Sequence record: NC_070982.1 | Strand: one strand, 5' to 3' | DNA: 64,000 nt | Source: Escherichia phage vB_EcoP-101114UKE3 | Program-made: the position numbers and the translations under genes | The notes under the pieces: model-generated | What the model was told of the DNA's origin: nothing | Databases searched by the model: none | The model's input: the letters and a program-made list of their open reading frames with translations, nothing else | Part shown: piece by piece, positions 50,447 to 58,241 of the stretch | Numbering within the stretch: position 1 is the stretch's first letter | Layout: every line of letters starts with the position of its first letter

Positions 50447-50489
50447 CTCACATAGCCCTCTGATACTCACAAGGGCTATAGATGTTACT
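50447..50489 (-). repeat. conserved hairpin element, copy A
   Basis: CACATAGCCCTCTGATACTCACAAGGGCTATAG directly after stop codon; 8-bp stem, 12-nt loop; near-identical copy at 56084-56130. Confidence 0.5.
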
Positions 50490-50733
50490 CTGTGGCTCCG
50501 TCGAATCGGAGGATTGCTGCTGGAACAGGGTATGCTTCCAGATCTTCATCCAGTCGGTATAGATGCCCTGTACTTAAATTTACAGCTGTTACTGGCTTAG
50601 AGTGGCCTCCAGCCTGTATGGAAGGAACTCTGATAAAGAACTCTTCTGGATATTCAACAGAGTGGAACACACTTCCTGAATAAAGATCTTTTATTTTAGA
50701 AGTTTGTTTAGGAGTTTTATCAGCAATTTTCAT
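50485..50733 (-). CDS. small protein, five-member paralog family
   Basis: L-x-x-G-[DS]-x-F ... V-x-L-S-x-G pattern shared with 51854, 52124, 54939, 56130 ORFs. Confidence 0.45.
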   Translation of the reverse strand: MKIADKTPKQTSKIKDLYSGSVFHSVEYPEEFFIRVPSIQAGGHSKPVTAVNLSTGHLYRLDEDLEAYPVPAAILRFDGATE

Positions 50734-50966
50734 TACAGACCTTTCTTAGCACGATCTTTGGCAGTTTTGCCAGTGCGGATACGATGGGAAACATTAACCA
50801 GCTCGCCACCTTCGACGATGGTTACGCTTTTGTTTTTCGCAATATCAAACACAGTTTTCTCTGTGCCGCCCAGACGAATCTGTTTAGGCTCACTGTGGGT
50901 CTGAGTTGATTTAGACTGGAACTGGAACGGCTGACGGATGGCATCAATTGCGCTAACTTTAGACAT
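50733..50966 (-). CDS. small hypothetical protein
   Basis: 77-aa ORF. Confidence 0.4.
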   Translation of the reverse strand: MSKVSAIDAIRQPFQFQSKSTQTHSEPKQIRLGGTEKTVFDIAKNKSVTIVEGGELVNVSHRIRTGKTAKDRAKKGL

Positions 50967-50994
50967 GTTTTTATTACCTTACATTAAAGAGAGA

Positions 50995-51408
50995 TTAAAC
51001 AACGAATTGGAACGCTTCGTATCCAAACTTGTATAAGAAATCGTGTTTGAACTTTACTACACGACCACGATCGCGGAAAGCTTTCAGGCGACTGCTGAAC
51101 CCAACCATTGGCTCAGGGTCAATAGGGCTACGAATCTTCATAGCTACAGAGTGCAGCTTGAAGCGTTTACCAGTGCTACAGGCCATCATCACATACTCCA
51201 TACGAGTAGTCCAGATGTTGAGCACCATGCTTGTTTTCTCCGCTGACCAACCAGTCTTGCGGGCGATTTCTTTATGGACATTAAGCTCCAAAGGAAGAGG
51301 GAATTGCTTGTTGAATGAAGCCGGATATAGCTTGACCAGAAGGTCAATGTTTTCTTTATACGTTAAGTAAGCCAATTTCTTGCTTACGTTAGGGAATTTC
51401 CCAGACAT
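50995..51408 (-). CDS. ProQ/FinO-domain-like RNA-binding protein
   Basis: KENIDLLVKLYPASF..PLPLELNVHKEIARKTGWSAEKTSMVLNIWTTRMEYV...GKRFKLHS aligns by pattern to E. coli ProQ N-terminal domain. Confidence 0.45.
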   Translation of the reverse strand: MSGKFPNVSKKLAYLTYKENIDLLVKLYPASFNKQFPLPLELNVHKEIARKTGWSAEKTSMVLNIWTTRMEYVMMACSTGKRFKLHSVAMKIRSPIDPEPMVGFSSRLKAFRDRGRVVKFKHDFLYKFGYEAFQFVV

Positions 51409-51606
51409 TTTTGAAGCTCCAAAACAGCGCCGAAAAGAGAGGCGTCATAGTAGCTAAAAGGAGGAGAGAAGAGGGCTTATTTACTTGCCTTTTTCTGTCC
51501 GTTAATGTACCAGATAACTGAACCGTCAGGCTGTCGTTGACCGAAGCCTTTCAAGTTAACCATTTCTTCTTCAGAGTAGGCACGTTTTCTCACTGATTTT
51601 CTCCTG

Positions 51607-51864
51607 TCAGTAGAAGGTGTGTGTAGAGTCGTCGTTCATAGATAACCAAACGAAGAAGACAATCACACAGAAAGCAATAATACCGAGAGTTGCAAGGATT
51701 ATAGTGTTAGCTAATGTGATATCTAACACGCTTTGCAGATATATAAAGAACTGTACGACACCACATACCATCAGCACAACCCCAACGACAATGAGGAGCC
51801 AATATGTGCAGAGAAGGACTGCATCTAATAGTGATACATACTTTGGATGATCTTTATGTCTCAC
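51607..51864 (-). CDS. small membrane protein
   Basis: two or three TM segments. Confidence 0.4.
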   Translation of the reverse strand: MRHKDHPKYVSLLDAVLLCTYWLLIVVGVVLMVCGVVQFFIYLQSVLDITLANTIILATLGIIAFCVIVFFVWLSMNDDSTHTFY

Positions 51865-52120
51865 TGATCTTTTCCACTAAATCCAGAGTTGCTGATTCAA
51901 ATACAACACCAACTACCATATTAGGTGCCATATTACGAACGTATCCGCTCTGCATAGACACGGCCCGAGAGTATTCAGAACCGTTAGAACTTTTGTTTAC
52001 CTTCATGTAAAGGGTTTGCTCTTTATCTTCTTTCAGAGTAAAGAAAGAGCCGGGAAGAAGCCTCTGAACAGTCAGAGGGATATCTGCAACATGAGTCTTA
52101 TTGATAGTAAGAACTGTCAT
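51854..52120 (-). CDS. small protein, five-member paralog family
   Basis: LLPGSFFTLKEDKEQTLYMKV. Confidence 0.45.
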   Translation of the reverse strand: MTVLTINKTHVADIPLTVQRLLPGSFFTLKEDKEQTLYMKVNKSSNGSEYSRAVSMQSGYVRNMAPNMVVGVVFESATLDLVEKISET

Positions 52121-52123
52121 TGC

Positions 52124-52378
52124 TTATTCCTTAATAGTTGCTTCAGCTTTAATAGGAATAACAGCAACATCTTTACGAGGTGCTGTCGCTCGACCTGTGT
52201 TAAGGCAGGCTACAAGTCTATGCTCGTCCGCACCCTTGATGCAGAGTCGAGTTGAGAACTCAGTAGACAGCAAGATGTACAAATCATCATCTTCACTGTT
52301 AGGGTACATGAAGCAATCCCCAAGTCGTAAAGCACTGAGAGGTATTGCACTCTTACCTGCTGGTTTATTAACTTTCAT
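52124..52378 (-). CDS. small protein, five-member paralog family
   Basis: LRLGDCFMYPNSEDDDLYILLS. Confidence 0.45.
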   Translation of the reverse strand: MKVNKPAGKSAIPLSALRLGDCFMYPNSEDDDLYILLSTEFSTRLCIKGADEHRLVACLNTGRATAPRKDVAVIPIKAEATIKE

Positions 52379-52654
52379 TTTACCACCTTTAGTTATGGAC
52401 CAATTTATGAGAGAACTCTCGGAAGAATGCTTTCATAAATAGGGGGAGGGGACGAATCCTCCCATATCCTATTAATTAATATTGCATGTAAGATCTAACA
52501 ATTCGATGCTGTAGTGGATAGCGTAAAACGCTTACCGGCATTAAACCCAGCCCATGAGGGGCTTATGTGAATAAAATGCTCAACATTGAGCGGTTAGTTG
52601 ATAGGAGATCTGAAGTCCTATCTCAAAGGACTCTCGTAAGAATCCTTCACGATA

Positions 52655-52909
52655 TCACTTAGTAAGAAAGATTATCAACTTATCCGCTACCCAGCCTATT
52701 AACATAAGGACAGGTAAGAAGAAGATAAAGATCAGCATAAAAGGCCAGAAGAATATCACCGTCCAAATAGAAAGTATATCAGGCTGACCACTCCATGAGC
52801 AGTGGAAGAAGTTGTAGAGTGTATTGGTTTTGAAGCACCATTTAACTACAATGGCTGCTAACCACCAACCAATAACATAAATCAGGAGGACATACGCTGC
52901 TGTAACCAT
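52655..52909 (-). CDS. small membrane protein
   Basis: multiple TM segments. Confidence 0.4.
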   Translation of the reverse strand: MVTAAYVLLIYVIGWWLAAIVVKWCFKTNTLYNFFHCSWSGQPDILSIWTVIFFWPFMLIFIFFLPVLMLIGWVADKLIIFLTK

Positions 52910-53136
52910 TCACCGTTCCATTGATAGTTGCGAGTTACCACGTTTCCGTGGATAAGGAAGTGCTGGCGGCGAAGGATATCTTTAACGTTGTAGTAGGCAG
53001 CGTTACCGAGATGACCTTCTTTAATAAGCCAACGAAGATTACGGATATCAACCAACAGCATTTTTACTTGCTGTTGGCATGAAGTTTGAGCTGCTGTTTC
53101 AAGTAGAGCTTTCGTATCAGAATAATGACCGGACAT
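52882..53136 (-). CDS. hypothetical protein
   Basis: 84-aa ORF. Confidence 0.35.
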   Translation of the reverse strand: MSGHYSDTKALLETAAQTSCQQQVKMLLVDIRNLRWLIKEGHLGNAAYYNVKDILRRQHFLIHGNVVTRNYQWNGEWLQQRMSS

Positions 53137-53137
53137 A

Positions 53138-53464
53138 TCACCACTCCTTACCCTTTGTTGTTACAGAGCCACTACACTGTACACCACGGGAGATAAAGTC
53201 ATAACGCGACCAATCACCTTGTGTCTCCATATCACGCCCTACATAAGCCTTCTCATCAACAGCACCGCCGTTGGAACAAGAAGCACCAGCATAACGCATA
53301 TCAATTTCACCACTAGGAATCTTCTCCCCGCTGTGCCAACGGGAAACACAGACACCTTCTACCGATAATGCACACCATCCATCAGGACGATGCTGTACGC
53401 AGCCTGTAAGAGCTACACAGGCGATAAAGATACAGGTTAAGGTAATTACACCACCCCAGCTCAT
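53138..53464 (-). CDS. secreted protein/lipoprotein candidate
   Basis: signal peptide with LTGC lipobox-like motif. Confidence 0.5.
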   Translation of the reverse strand: MSWGGVITLTCIFIACVALTGCVQHRPDGWCALSVEGVCVSRWHSGEKIPSGEIDMRYAGASCSNGGAVDEKAYVGRDMETQGDWSRYDFISRGVQCSGSVTTKGKEW

Positions 53465-53601
53465 AATCCCTCCTGAAGCGCCTTACGGCGGCTATCTCGC
53501 CAAGCCATCCATAGGTAGGTTTTAAGTTCTTCTCTTTCTTCTTCGCTGAACAAAGGAGAAGTAAAGATATCATCGAACCACTCATTAAACTCAGGGGTCA
53601 T
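53461..53601 (-). CDS. small acidic protein (46 aa), replaces track ORF 53382..53585
   Basis: AGGAGG SD 4 nt before ATG 53601; TGA overlaps ATG of downstream gene. Confidence 0.35.
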   Translation of the reverse strand: MTPEFNEWFDDIFTSPLFSEEEREELKTYLWMAWRDSRRKALQEGL

Positions 53602-53740
53602 AAACCCTCCTATTTGATTTGGTGGACTATCTGGAATCGAACCAGAAGCTCACTAAGAAAGCAATTCCCACTGTTATAAAAGCACTTGCCTCAACAGGGA
53701 TACACTAACTTTGGTGCCGCACCCATACTAGCCCTAAATG

Positions 53741-53816
53741 TGGTGCGCCCTACAGGACTCGAACCTGTAACCAATAGCTTAGAAGGCTACTGCTCTATCC
53801 GTTGAGCTAAGAGCGC
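53741..53816 (-). tRNA. tRNA-Arg(UCU): tRNA-Arg (anticodon UCU), CCA encoded
   Basis: hand-folded cloverleaf: 7-bp acceptor, D arm GCTC/GAGC, anticodon loop CTTCTAA, T arm ACAGG-TTCGAGT-CCTGT, discriminator A plus CCA. Confidence 0.85.
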
Positions 53817-53824
53817 GGAATTGT

Positions 53825-54034
53825 TTAACTGAAGATACGCAAGGCCACATCATGACCAATATGACCGGGAACTTTATGCTGCTCTATTTTCAAGCAGCGC
53901 TTACAGATACGAGATACACGAGACTCTTTTCTCTCTACTGGAGTGTCTTTAGCGTGAGTGATGTGTAGGTTTTCAGTGATCACCCACTCGTGTTTACATC
54001 CAGAATCTTCGGGCTTTTTCTTACGAAAGAACAT
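53825..54034 (-). CDS. small zinc-ribbon protein (triplet member)
   Basis: start MFFRKKK; CKHEW ... CKRC. Confidence 0.4.
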   Translation of the reverse strand: MFFRKKKPEDSGCKHEWVITENLHITHAKDTPVERKESRVSRICKRCLKIEQHKVPGHIGHDVALRIFS

Positions 54035-54042
54035 AACACCTC

Positions 54043-54207
54043 TTAGATCAGATCTGTTTTCTTGTGCAGACCACACACTTTACAGCGAGAGTAGATACGC
54101 AACCCTTGTCGCTCTCTGTCAGTAAGTTTATTTGTGATCGTCAGTTCATAAGTATGAAGATCTTCCCACTCATGGAAATGAAATAGACGTTTGAACCATT
54201 TGATCAT
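54043..54207 (-). CDS. small zinc-ribbon protein (triplet member), not in ORF track
   Basis: 54 aa MIKWFKRLFHFHEW...CKVCG; near-duplicate N-terminus of 54217..54402. Confidence 0.4.
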   Translation of the reverse strand: MIKWFKRLFHFHEWEDLHTYELTITNKLTDRERQGLRIYSRCKVCGLHKKTDLI

Positions 54208-54216
54208 AATGATTCC

Positions 54217-54402
54217 TTAGATTACATCACGATGACTAATATCACCACACACCTTACACTGAATAATGTAACGTGTGCCCTTGTCATTGTTCCCATCTGA
54301 ATCCGTATAGACCAGAGGACGGGTGTTAATAATCTTCCAATCATGACAATGGAAGACACGCTTTAGCCACTTAATCATATTAAGCACACGCCGGTAATTC
54401 AA
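54217..54402 (-). CDS. small zinc-ribbon protein (triplet member)
   Basis: MIKWLKRVFHCHDW...CKVCG. Confidence 0.4.
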   Translation of the reverse strand: MNYRRVLNMIKWLKRVFHCHDWKIINTRPLVYTDSDGNNDKGTRYIIQCKVCGDISHRDVI

Positions 54403-54637
54403 TTAACTGAGGAGTACGACAAGGGCCATCCTCATACACACCTACCAGTGTTGGCATGTAAGGCCCAGCGCACTGGTATTCATCGAACAGTTCATTGTAA
54501 GTAGGCTTCCACTTCCAAGCCCACACATAACCCATTCGATCAATGGCAATGTAACGAGTGTTCAGAGGAACCTGCATCATCACATCACCAACTGCTATTA
54601 CTTTCGTAATAACTGCTGCTCGGAAGTTTGTCTTCAT
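54380..54637 (-). CDS. hypothetical protein
   Basis: 85-aa ORF. Confidence 0.35.
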   Translation of the reverse strand: MKTNFRAAVITKVIAVGDVMMQVPLNTRYIAIDRMGYVWAWKWKPTYNELFDEYQCAGPYMPTLVGVYEDGPCRTPQLIELPACA

Positions 54638-54942
54638 GACTTTGCAGCCTCCATCATTTTATTCATTTTAGCCACACCTTTACGGATAAGAGGCATAAAT
54701 TCATCAGCCAGTTCAGTGGATAAAAGTTTAAGCCCGCCTGATTTAATACCGTTCACCGCCTTCTCAACTTCATCCGACAGCAATGTCATTGTTAACCACG
54801 GGGATTTTATTACCACAGTAAAGCCCGGTTCATACCGCGAGTGACTGTAGGTGAACTCTAAATGAGTAACACCGGGCATCTTAGACATTTGAGCACGGAT
54901 ATCTACATTAGGGTTGCAGCGAGTTGAAGATGAAATTGTCAT
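54634..54942 (-). CDS. hypothetical protein
   Basis: 102-aa ORF. Confidence 0.35.
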   Translation of the reverse strand: MTISSSTRCNPNVDIRAQMSKMPGVTHLEFTYSHSRYEPGFTVVIKSPWLTMTLLSDEVEKAVNGIKSGGLKLLSTELADEFMPLIRKGVAKMNKMMEAAKS

Positions 54943-55190
54943 GGCGCTTTAATCTCAATCTGAACGTTGACGACGAATACAGTATGGTTTGCACTGTACA
55001 CTGAAGTGCCTATGATTGGCTTATCATCACTGAGGATTTCAACAGCGTGCTCAAGGTTAATCTTCAGATGAAGACGCCCTGATTCCATGAAGAAATCACC
55101 AGCACGTATCTCACCGAACTTAGCTGGCACACCGATAGAGGGTATCAGTATGTCAGTGCGACCTTTACGGTCAAATAAACGATTGAACAT
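54939..55190 (-). CDS. small protein, five-member paralog family
   Basis: IRAGDFFMESGRLHLKIN. Confidence 0.45.
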   Translation of the reverse strand: MFNRLFDRKGRTDILIPSIGVPAKFGEIRAGDFFMESGRLHLKINLEHAVEILSDDKPIIGTSVYSANHTVFVVNVQIEIKAP

Positions 55191-55199
55191 ATCACCCCC

Positions 55200-55409
55200 T
55201 TATGTAATATCAACCTCAAACCAACAGGTAAGAGCTTTTTCATTGTTGCGTTTTGGCTCAAAGGATTTAACAACCGATAACACTCGGCGCTGTTCTCCAT
55301 CAAACCAGATAGTTTCATCTTTTTCAGGGAGTAGGTTGTGTGCAGCACAAACAATCTCACCTAGTACAACCTGTCTGCCATCTTGCTTACGAACTAAACG
55401 AATGTTCAT
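55200..55409 (-). CDS. small hypothetical protein
   Basis: start MNIRLV after terminator hairpin. Confidence 0.35.
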   Translation of the reverse strand: MNIRLVRKQDGRQVVLGEIVCAAHNLLPEKDETIWFDGEQRRVLSVVKSFEPKRNNEKALTCWFEVDIT

Positions 55410-55452
55410 AACAACCTCTCTTGTTAGTTTAAGTAAGAGTTGTCCCTTAATT

Positions 55453-55483
55453 AAAACAACAAAGGCCACCCCTAAGGGCAGCC
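55453..55483 (-). terminator. intrinsic terminator
   Basis: minus-strand ggcugccc-uuag-ggguggcc with two G-U pairs (C-A on plus strand), then U-rich run. Confidence 0.5.
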
Positions 55484-55489
55484 TCTTAT

Positions 55490-55693
55490 TTAAGCGCAAG
55501 CACTACGCAGTTTGTTATTCAAGAAGCGATCTTCTGCATTATACAGGAATGCATAGAACAACTCTTTTGCTACATCCCGATCGCAATTGAGACATTTAGA
55601 GATCTGTAACAACAAACCATCACGACTATTAGGATGGTCAATTATCGCAAGACGAATAATCTCACGAATACCAATGTCATGCTCAGCCGCCAT
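55490..55693 (-). CDS. small hypothetical protein
   Basis: 67-aa ORF. Confidence 0.35.
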   Translation of the reverse strand: MAAEHDIGIREIIRLAIIDHPNSRDGLLLQISKCLNCDRDVAKELFYAFLYNAEDRFLNNKLRSACA

Positions 55694-56083
55694 AGAACCA
55701 ATCACCCTGACGTTTACGAATGTTAGTTGTCAGACGAAGCATGGCAGACTCAATCTTCAGAGCACCATTTGCTACTGCATCCATACGTTCAGGACGGTTC
55801 ATACGTTTGGTTGTCTTTTTCATAATGTTCTCTCTTTATTGATGGAGGCAGGATTGCCAGTTAATATAAAGGGAAGCCCTACACGTTAAGACTTCCGCTT
55901 GTACAAACTGTCGAGAACTCTCTACCCCTAGATTGTTCTCTATCCCAAACCGATACATACCCCTACATATCGGAAAGCTGTTCGAAAATTAACAGGTTTT
56001 AGTCTATCACCGGATGTTTGAGACAAGTCTCGCCCTAGCGGTGAGCCATATGGCGTTGAGATTATAGTTAATTGAGGAACACC

Positions 56084-56130
56084 CTCACATAGCCCTCTGA
56101 TAAACACAAGGGCTATAAGTCGATGTTACT
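56084..56130 (-). repeat. conserved hairpin element, copy B
   Basis: CACATAGCCCTCTGATAAACACAAGGGCTATAAG directly after stop of 56130..56360. Confidence 0.5.
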
Positions 56131-56360
56131 TAACCATTAATATGAGTTACTTGAACATCAGGTACAGGGATAACTTCATGGTCTTCCTGTAATTGGAACA
56201 GTGTCCCCTGACTAAGACCAACCACACGATGCATATCGTTAAGTCTAGTGTCTGTCTTTAGGTAGACATTTTCAGAGTTAGTTGGTAAACGGAACACATC
56301 GCCCGGACGTAACTCACTGAGCTTTTTAGTAACAACTACAGAGAAGAGATTAATTTTCAT
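56130..56360 (-). CDS. small protein, five-member paralog family
   Basis: LRPGDVFRLPTNSENVYLKT ... VVGLSQGTLFQLQED. Confidence 0.45.
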   Translation of the reverse strand: MKINLFSVVVTKKLSELRPGDVFRLPTNSENVYLKTDTRLNDMHRVVGLSQGTLFQLQEDHEVIPVPDVQVTHING

Positions 56361-56533
56361 TTGATTAACACCAAATCAGTACGACGTTCGAAGGAAGGGG
56401 AGGATTCACCATTCCACTGAACAAGATAACAGAGAACACCATCAATCGTTGTTCTCCGACGAATAACACCTGTAACAGTTCCACCAACAAGACGAACGGT
56501 GTCGCCAACGGTAAATTTAACCTTTGAGCGCAT
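56357..56533 (-). CDS. small hypothetical protein
   Basis: start MRSKVKF with AGGAG SD. Confidence 0.35.
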   Translation of the reverse strand: MRSKVKFTVGDTVRLVGGTVTGVIRRRTTIDGVLCYLVQWNGESSPSFERRTDLVLIK

Positions 56534-56822
56534 CTCCTGTTTCCTCATTCTGGCGTTTAATTTCTTCAGTGAGTTGCTTATTAAGATCTTGAATACGCTT
56601 AATCTCCCAACCCAAAGAAGCCAAACGATCGTTACGTGCTTCGATTTGTTCCTGCATTTTAAGTAATTTGGAACGAACATCAGCATTAAAAACTTCTTCT
56701 TGCTTAAGAAGGAACTCGTAACGACGCTTCCAGCTTGCTGATTTATTTCTTAAAATAATAAACCCTAGAGTAGAAACCGTTACAGTGAGTACGAAAAGGA
56801 ACTTATAAACCTCTAAAGACAT
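56517..56822 (-). CDS. membrane-anchored coiled-coil protein
   Basis: N-terminal TM then helical E/K-rich region. Confidence 0.4.
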   Translation of the reverse strand: MSLEVYKFLFVLTVTVSTLGFIILRNKSASWKRRYEFLLKQEEVFNADVRSKLLKMQEQIEARNDRLASLGWEIKRIQDLNKQLTEEIKRQNEETGDALKG

Positions 56823-57023
56823 ATCTTTATCCTCTTAAAGTAAGATATTATAAGAAATATTATTTAGAATTTATTATTTCTAAACTTAATTCCTATCAAT
56901 AATTTTCAGAGGTCTATATACAGTCATTACCTCTGGTCCCAAATCACTTCCACTTTTTACAGAGAAAATCATAAGTGTGTGATTTATAAGGAAATTTAGT
57001 TTGTCAATATTGGCACTTATGAA

Positions 57024-57410
57024 TCAGTCACGGGAGCTGTTATTGAACACTAAATCACCACAATACATCGGATTGGTATACCACTTTGGCACCCCTTCGC
57101 TCTTACTCTGAAAGTATGTACCGCTGTACAAAGGCACATAACCTTTCTTCAGTGCACGCCTTGCAAGCCGCTCGCTCTCTCTGATTGATTTCTTTATCAG
57201 AGGGTTATCATCACGAATTAGCTTTACATAACGCTTAAAAGGTTTCTCCTTCTTTAATAGGACGGGTATCCACTCGAACTGGTTTCGTTGATTTATAACC
57301 TGCTCGGCAGTCAGTTTTCGTTGTGACATTCTGTTTATTACGGTATCCGCTACTAATGCTTTGCAAGCGGTTGGCTGATTCCCTGCCTCATAATAAATAG
57401 TCAATGTCAA
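57024..57410 (-). CDS. SleB/CwlJ-like cell-wall hydrolase domain protein
   Basis: IYYEAGNQPTACKALVADTVINR matches IYAEARGEP..AV..V.NR core motif. Confidence 0.5.
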   Translation of the reverse strand: MTLTIYYEAGNQPTACKALVADTVINRMSQRKLTAEQVINQRNQFEWIPVLLKKEKPFKRYVKLIRDDNPLIKKSIRESERLARRALKKGYVPLYSGTYFQSKSEGVPKWYTNPMYCGDLVFNNSSRD

Positions 57411-57462
57411 AAGTAGCTGGGCTGTCGTTATCAGAACTTACTACCCCCTTGTTTTACGGGCA

Positions 57463-57489
57463 TAAAAAAGCCCCATCCGAAGACGGGGC
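57463..57489 (-). terminator. intrinsic terminator (TTCG hairpin plus U6)
   Basis: minus-strand gccccguc-uucg-gauggggc (G-U only on this strand) then uuuuuu. Confidence 0.55.
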
Positions 57490-57727
57490 GACCTGAAAGA
57501 GTGAACATGACCTCACTCATTTAAGAATCCTCGTAAAGACTCTTAAAAAAGAGGCCTCGTTAAAGGCCCGGTCAAATGACCATCCAATAGGGATTGAACC
57601 ATGCCAATGATTCACAAAGGGAGTTCCCTTTAGGTATCACTAGCTACGCAAAAAGCCGCACAAAGGCGGCAGACAAAGACGCTCAAGAAGAGCGTCATAG
57701 TAGTTGACCACTGGTCCAGAAGAGGGC

Positions 57728-58171
57728 TTACTTAACTCTTGCTGTTTTGAGTGGGTCAATATATTTTTCAACTCCCCACTTATGTTTACTATCAGCGTAG
57801 AAAACATCTGGTGCACATTGGCTAGTAGTAGGAAATGCTTTCGGTGGCTTAGTGCTACCTTTATTCTTCTGCTTACCTTTAGTGCGACCATTACAAAAGA
57901 TTTCTAAACGTTTTTCTTGTTCTGTTTTTGCTGCACCATTGGTTAACAGAGAACGCTTGTGATCAGCAAGAAGAAGCGCATCAGCACGATGAACACGACG
58001 ACCTAACACCTTCGCTACGGTAGAAGGTTTATGTTCTTGAGCGGCTTGTTTGATAGCTCTTCGTTTAAGGCTACGTTTGCTAATATGGTTAACAGCGGCT
58101 GGCTTTTCTTTTTCCAGCTCATTCATAGAGAACACTCGTCCGCCTTTCATGCTGATTTTAGATTTAGCCAT
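57728..58171 (-). CDS. hypothetical basic protein
   Basis: 147-aa K/R-rich ORF. Confidence 0.4.
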   Translation of the reverse strand: MAKSKISMKGGRVFSMNELEKEKPAAVNHISKRSLKRRAIKQAAQEHKPSTVAKVLGRRVHRADALLLADHKRSLLTNGAAKTEQEKRLEIFCNGRTKGKQKNKGSTKPPKAFPTTSQCAPDVFYADSKHKWGVEKYIDPLKTARVK

Positions 58172-58241
58172 TGTTTTATTCCTTTCGCTGATAAATTATA
58201 TCATGCAAGCCTTACCACATAGCAAGGCTTAACCAAATAAC

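Noticed and set aside
53382-53585. Track ORF (67 aa) overlapping the lipoprotein gene
   Set aside because: An alternative 46-aa frame (53461..53601) has a strong AGGAGG SD and a stop overlapping the next ATG, whereas the track ORF overlaps the downstream gene by 80 nt; the alternative is preferred, with low confidence.
57575-57655. Possible tRNA suggested by GGTTCAATCCC on the minus strand
   Set aside because: No acceptor or T-stem pairing could be built around it; the local structure is a simple aaaggg-agtt-cccttt hairpin.
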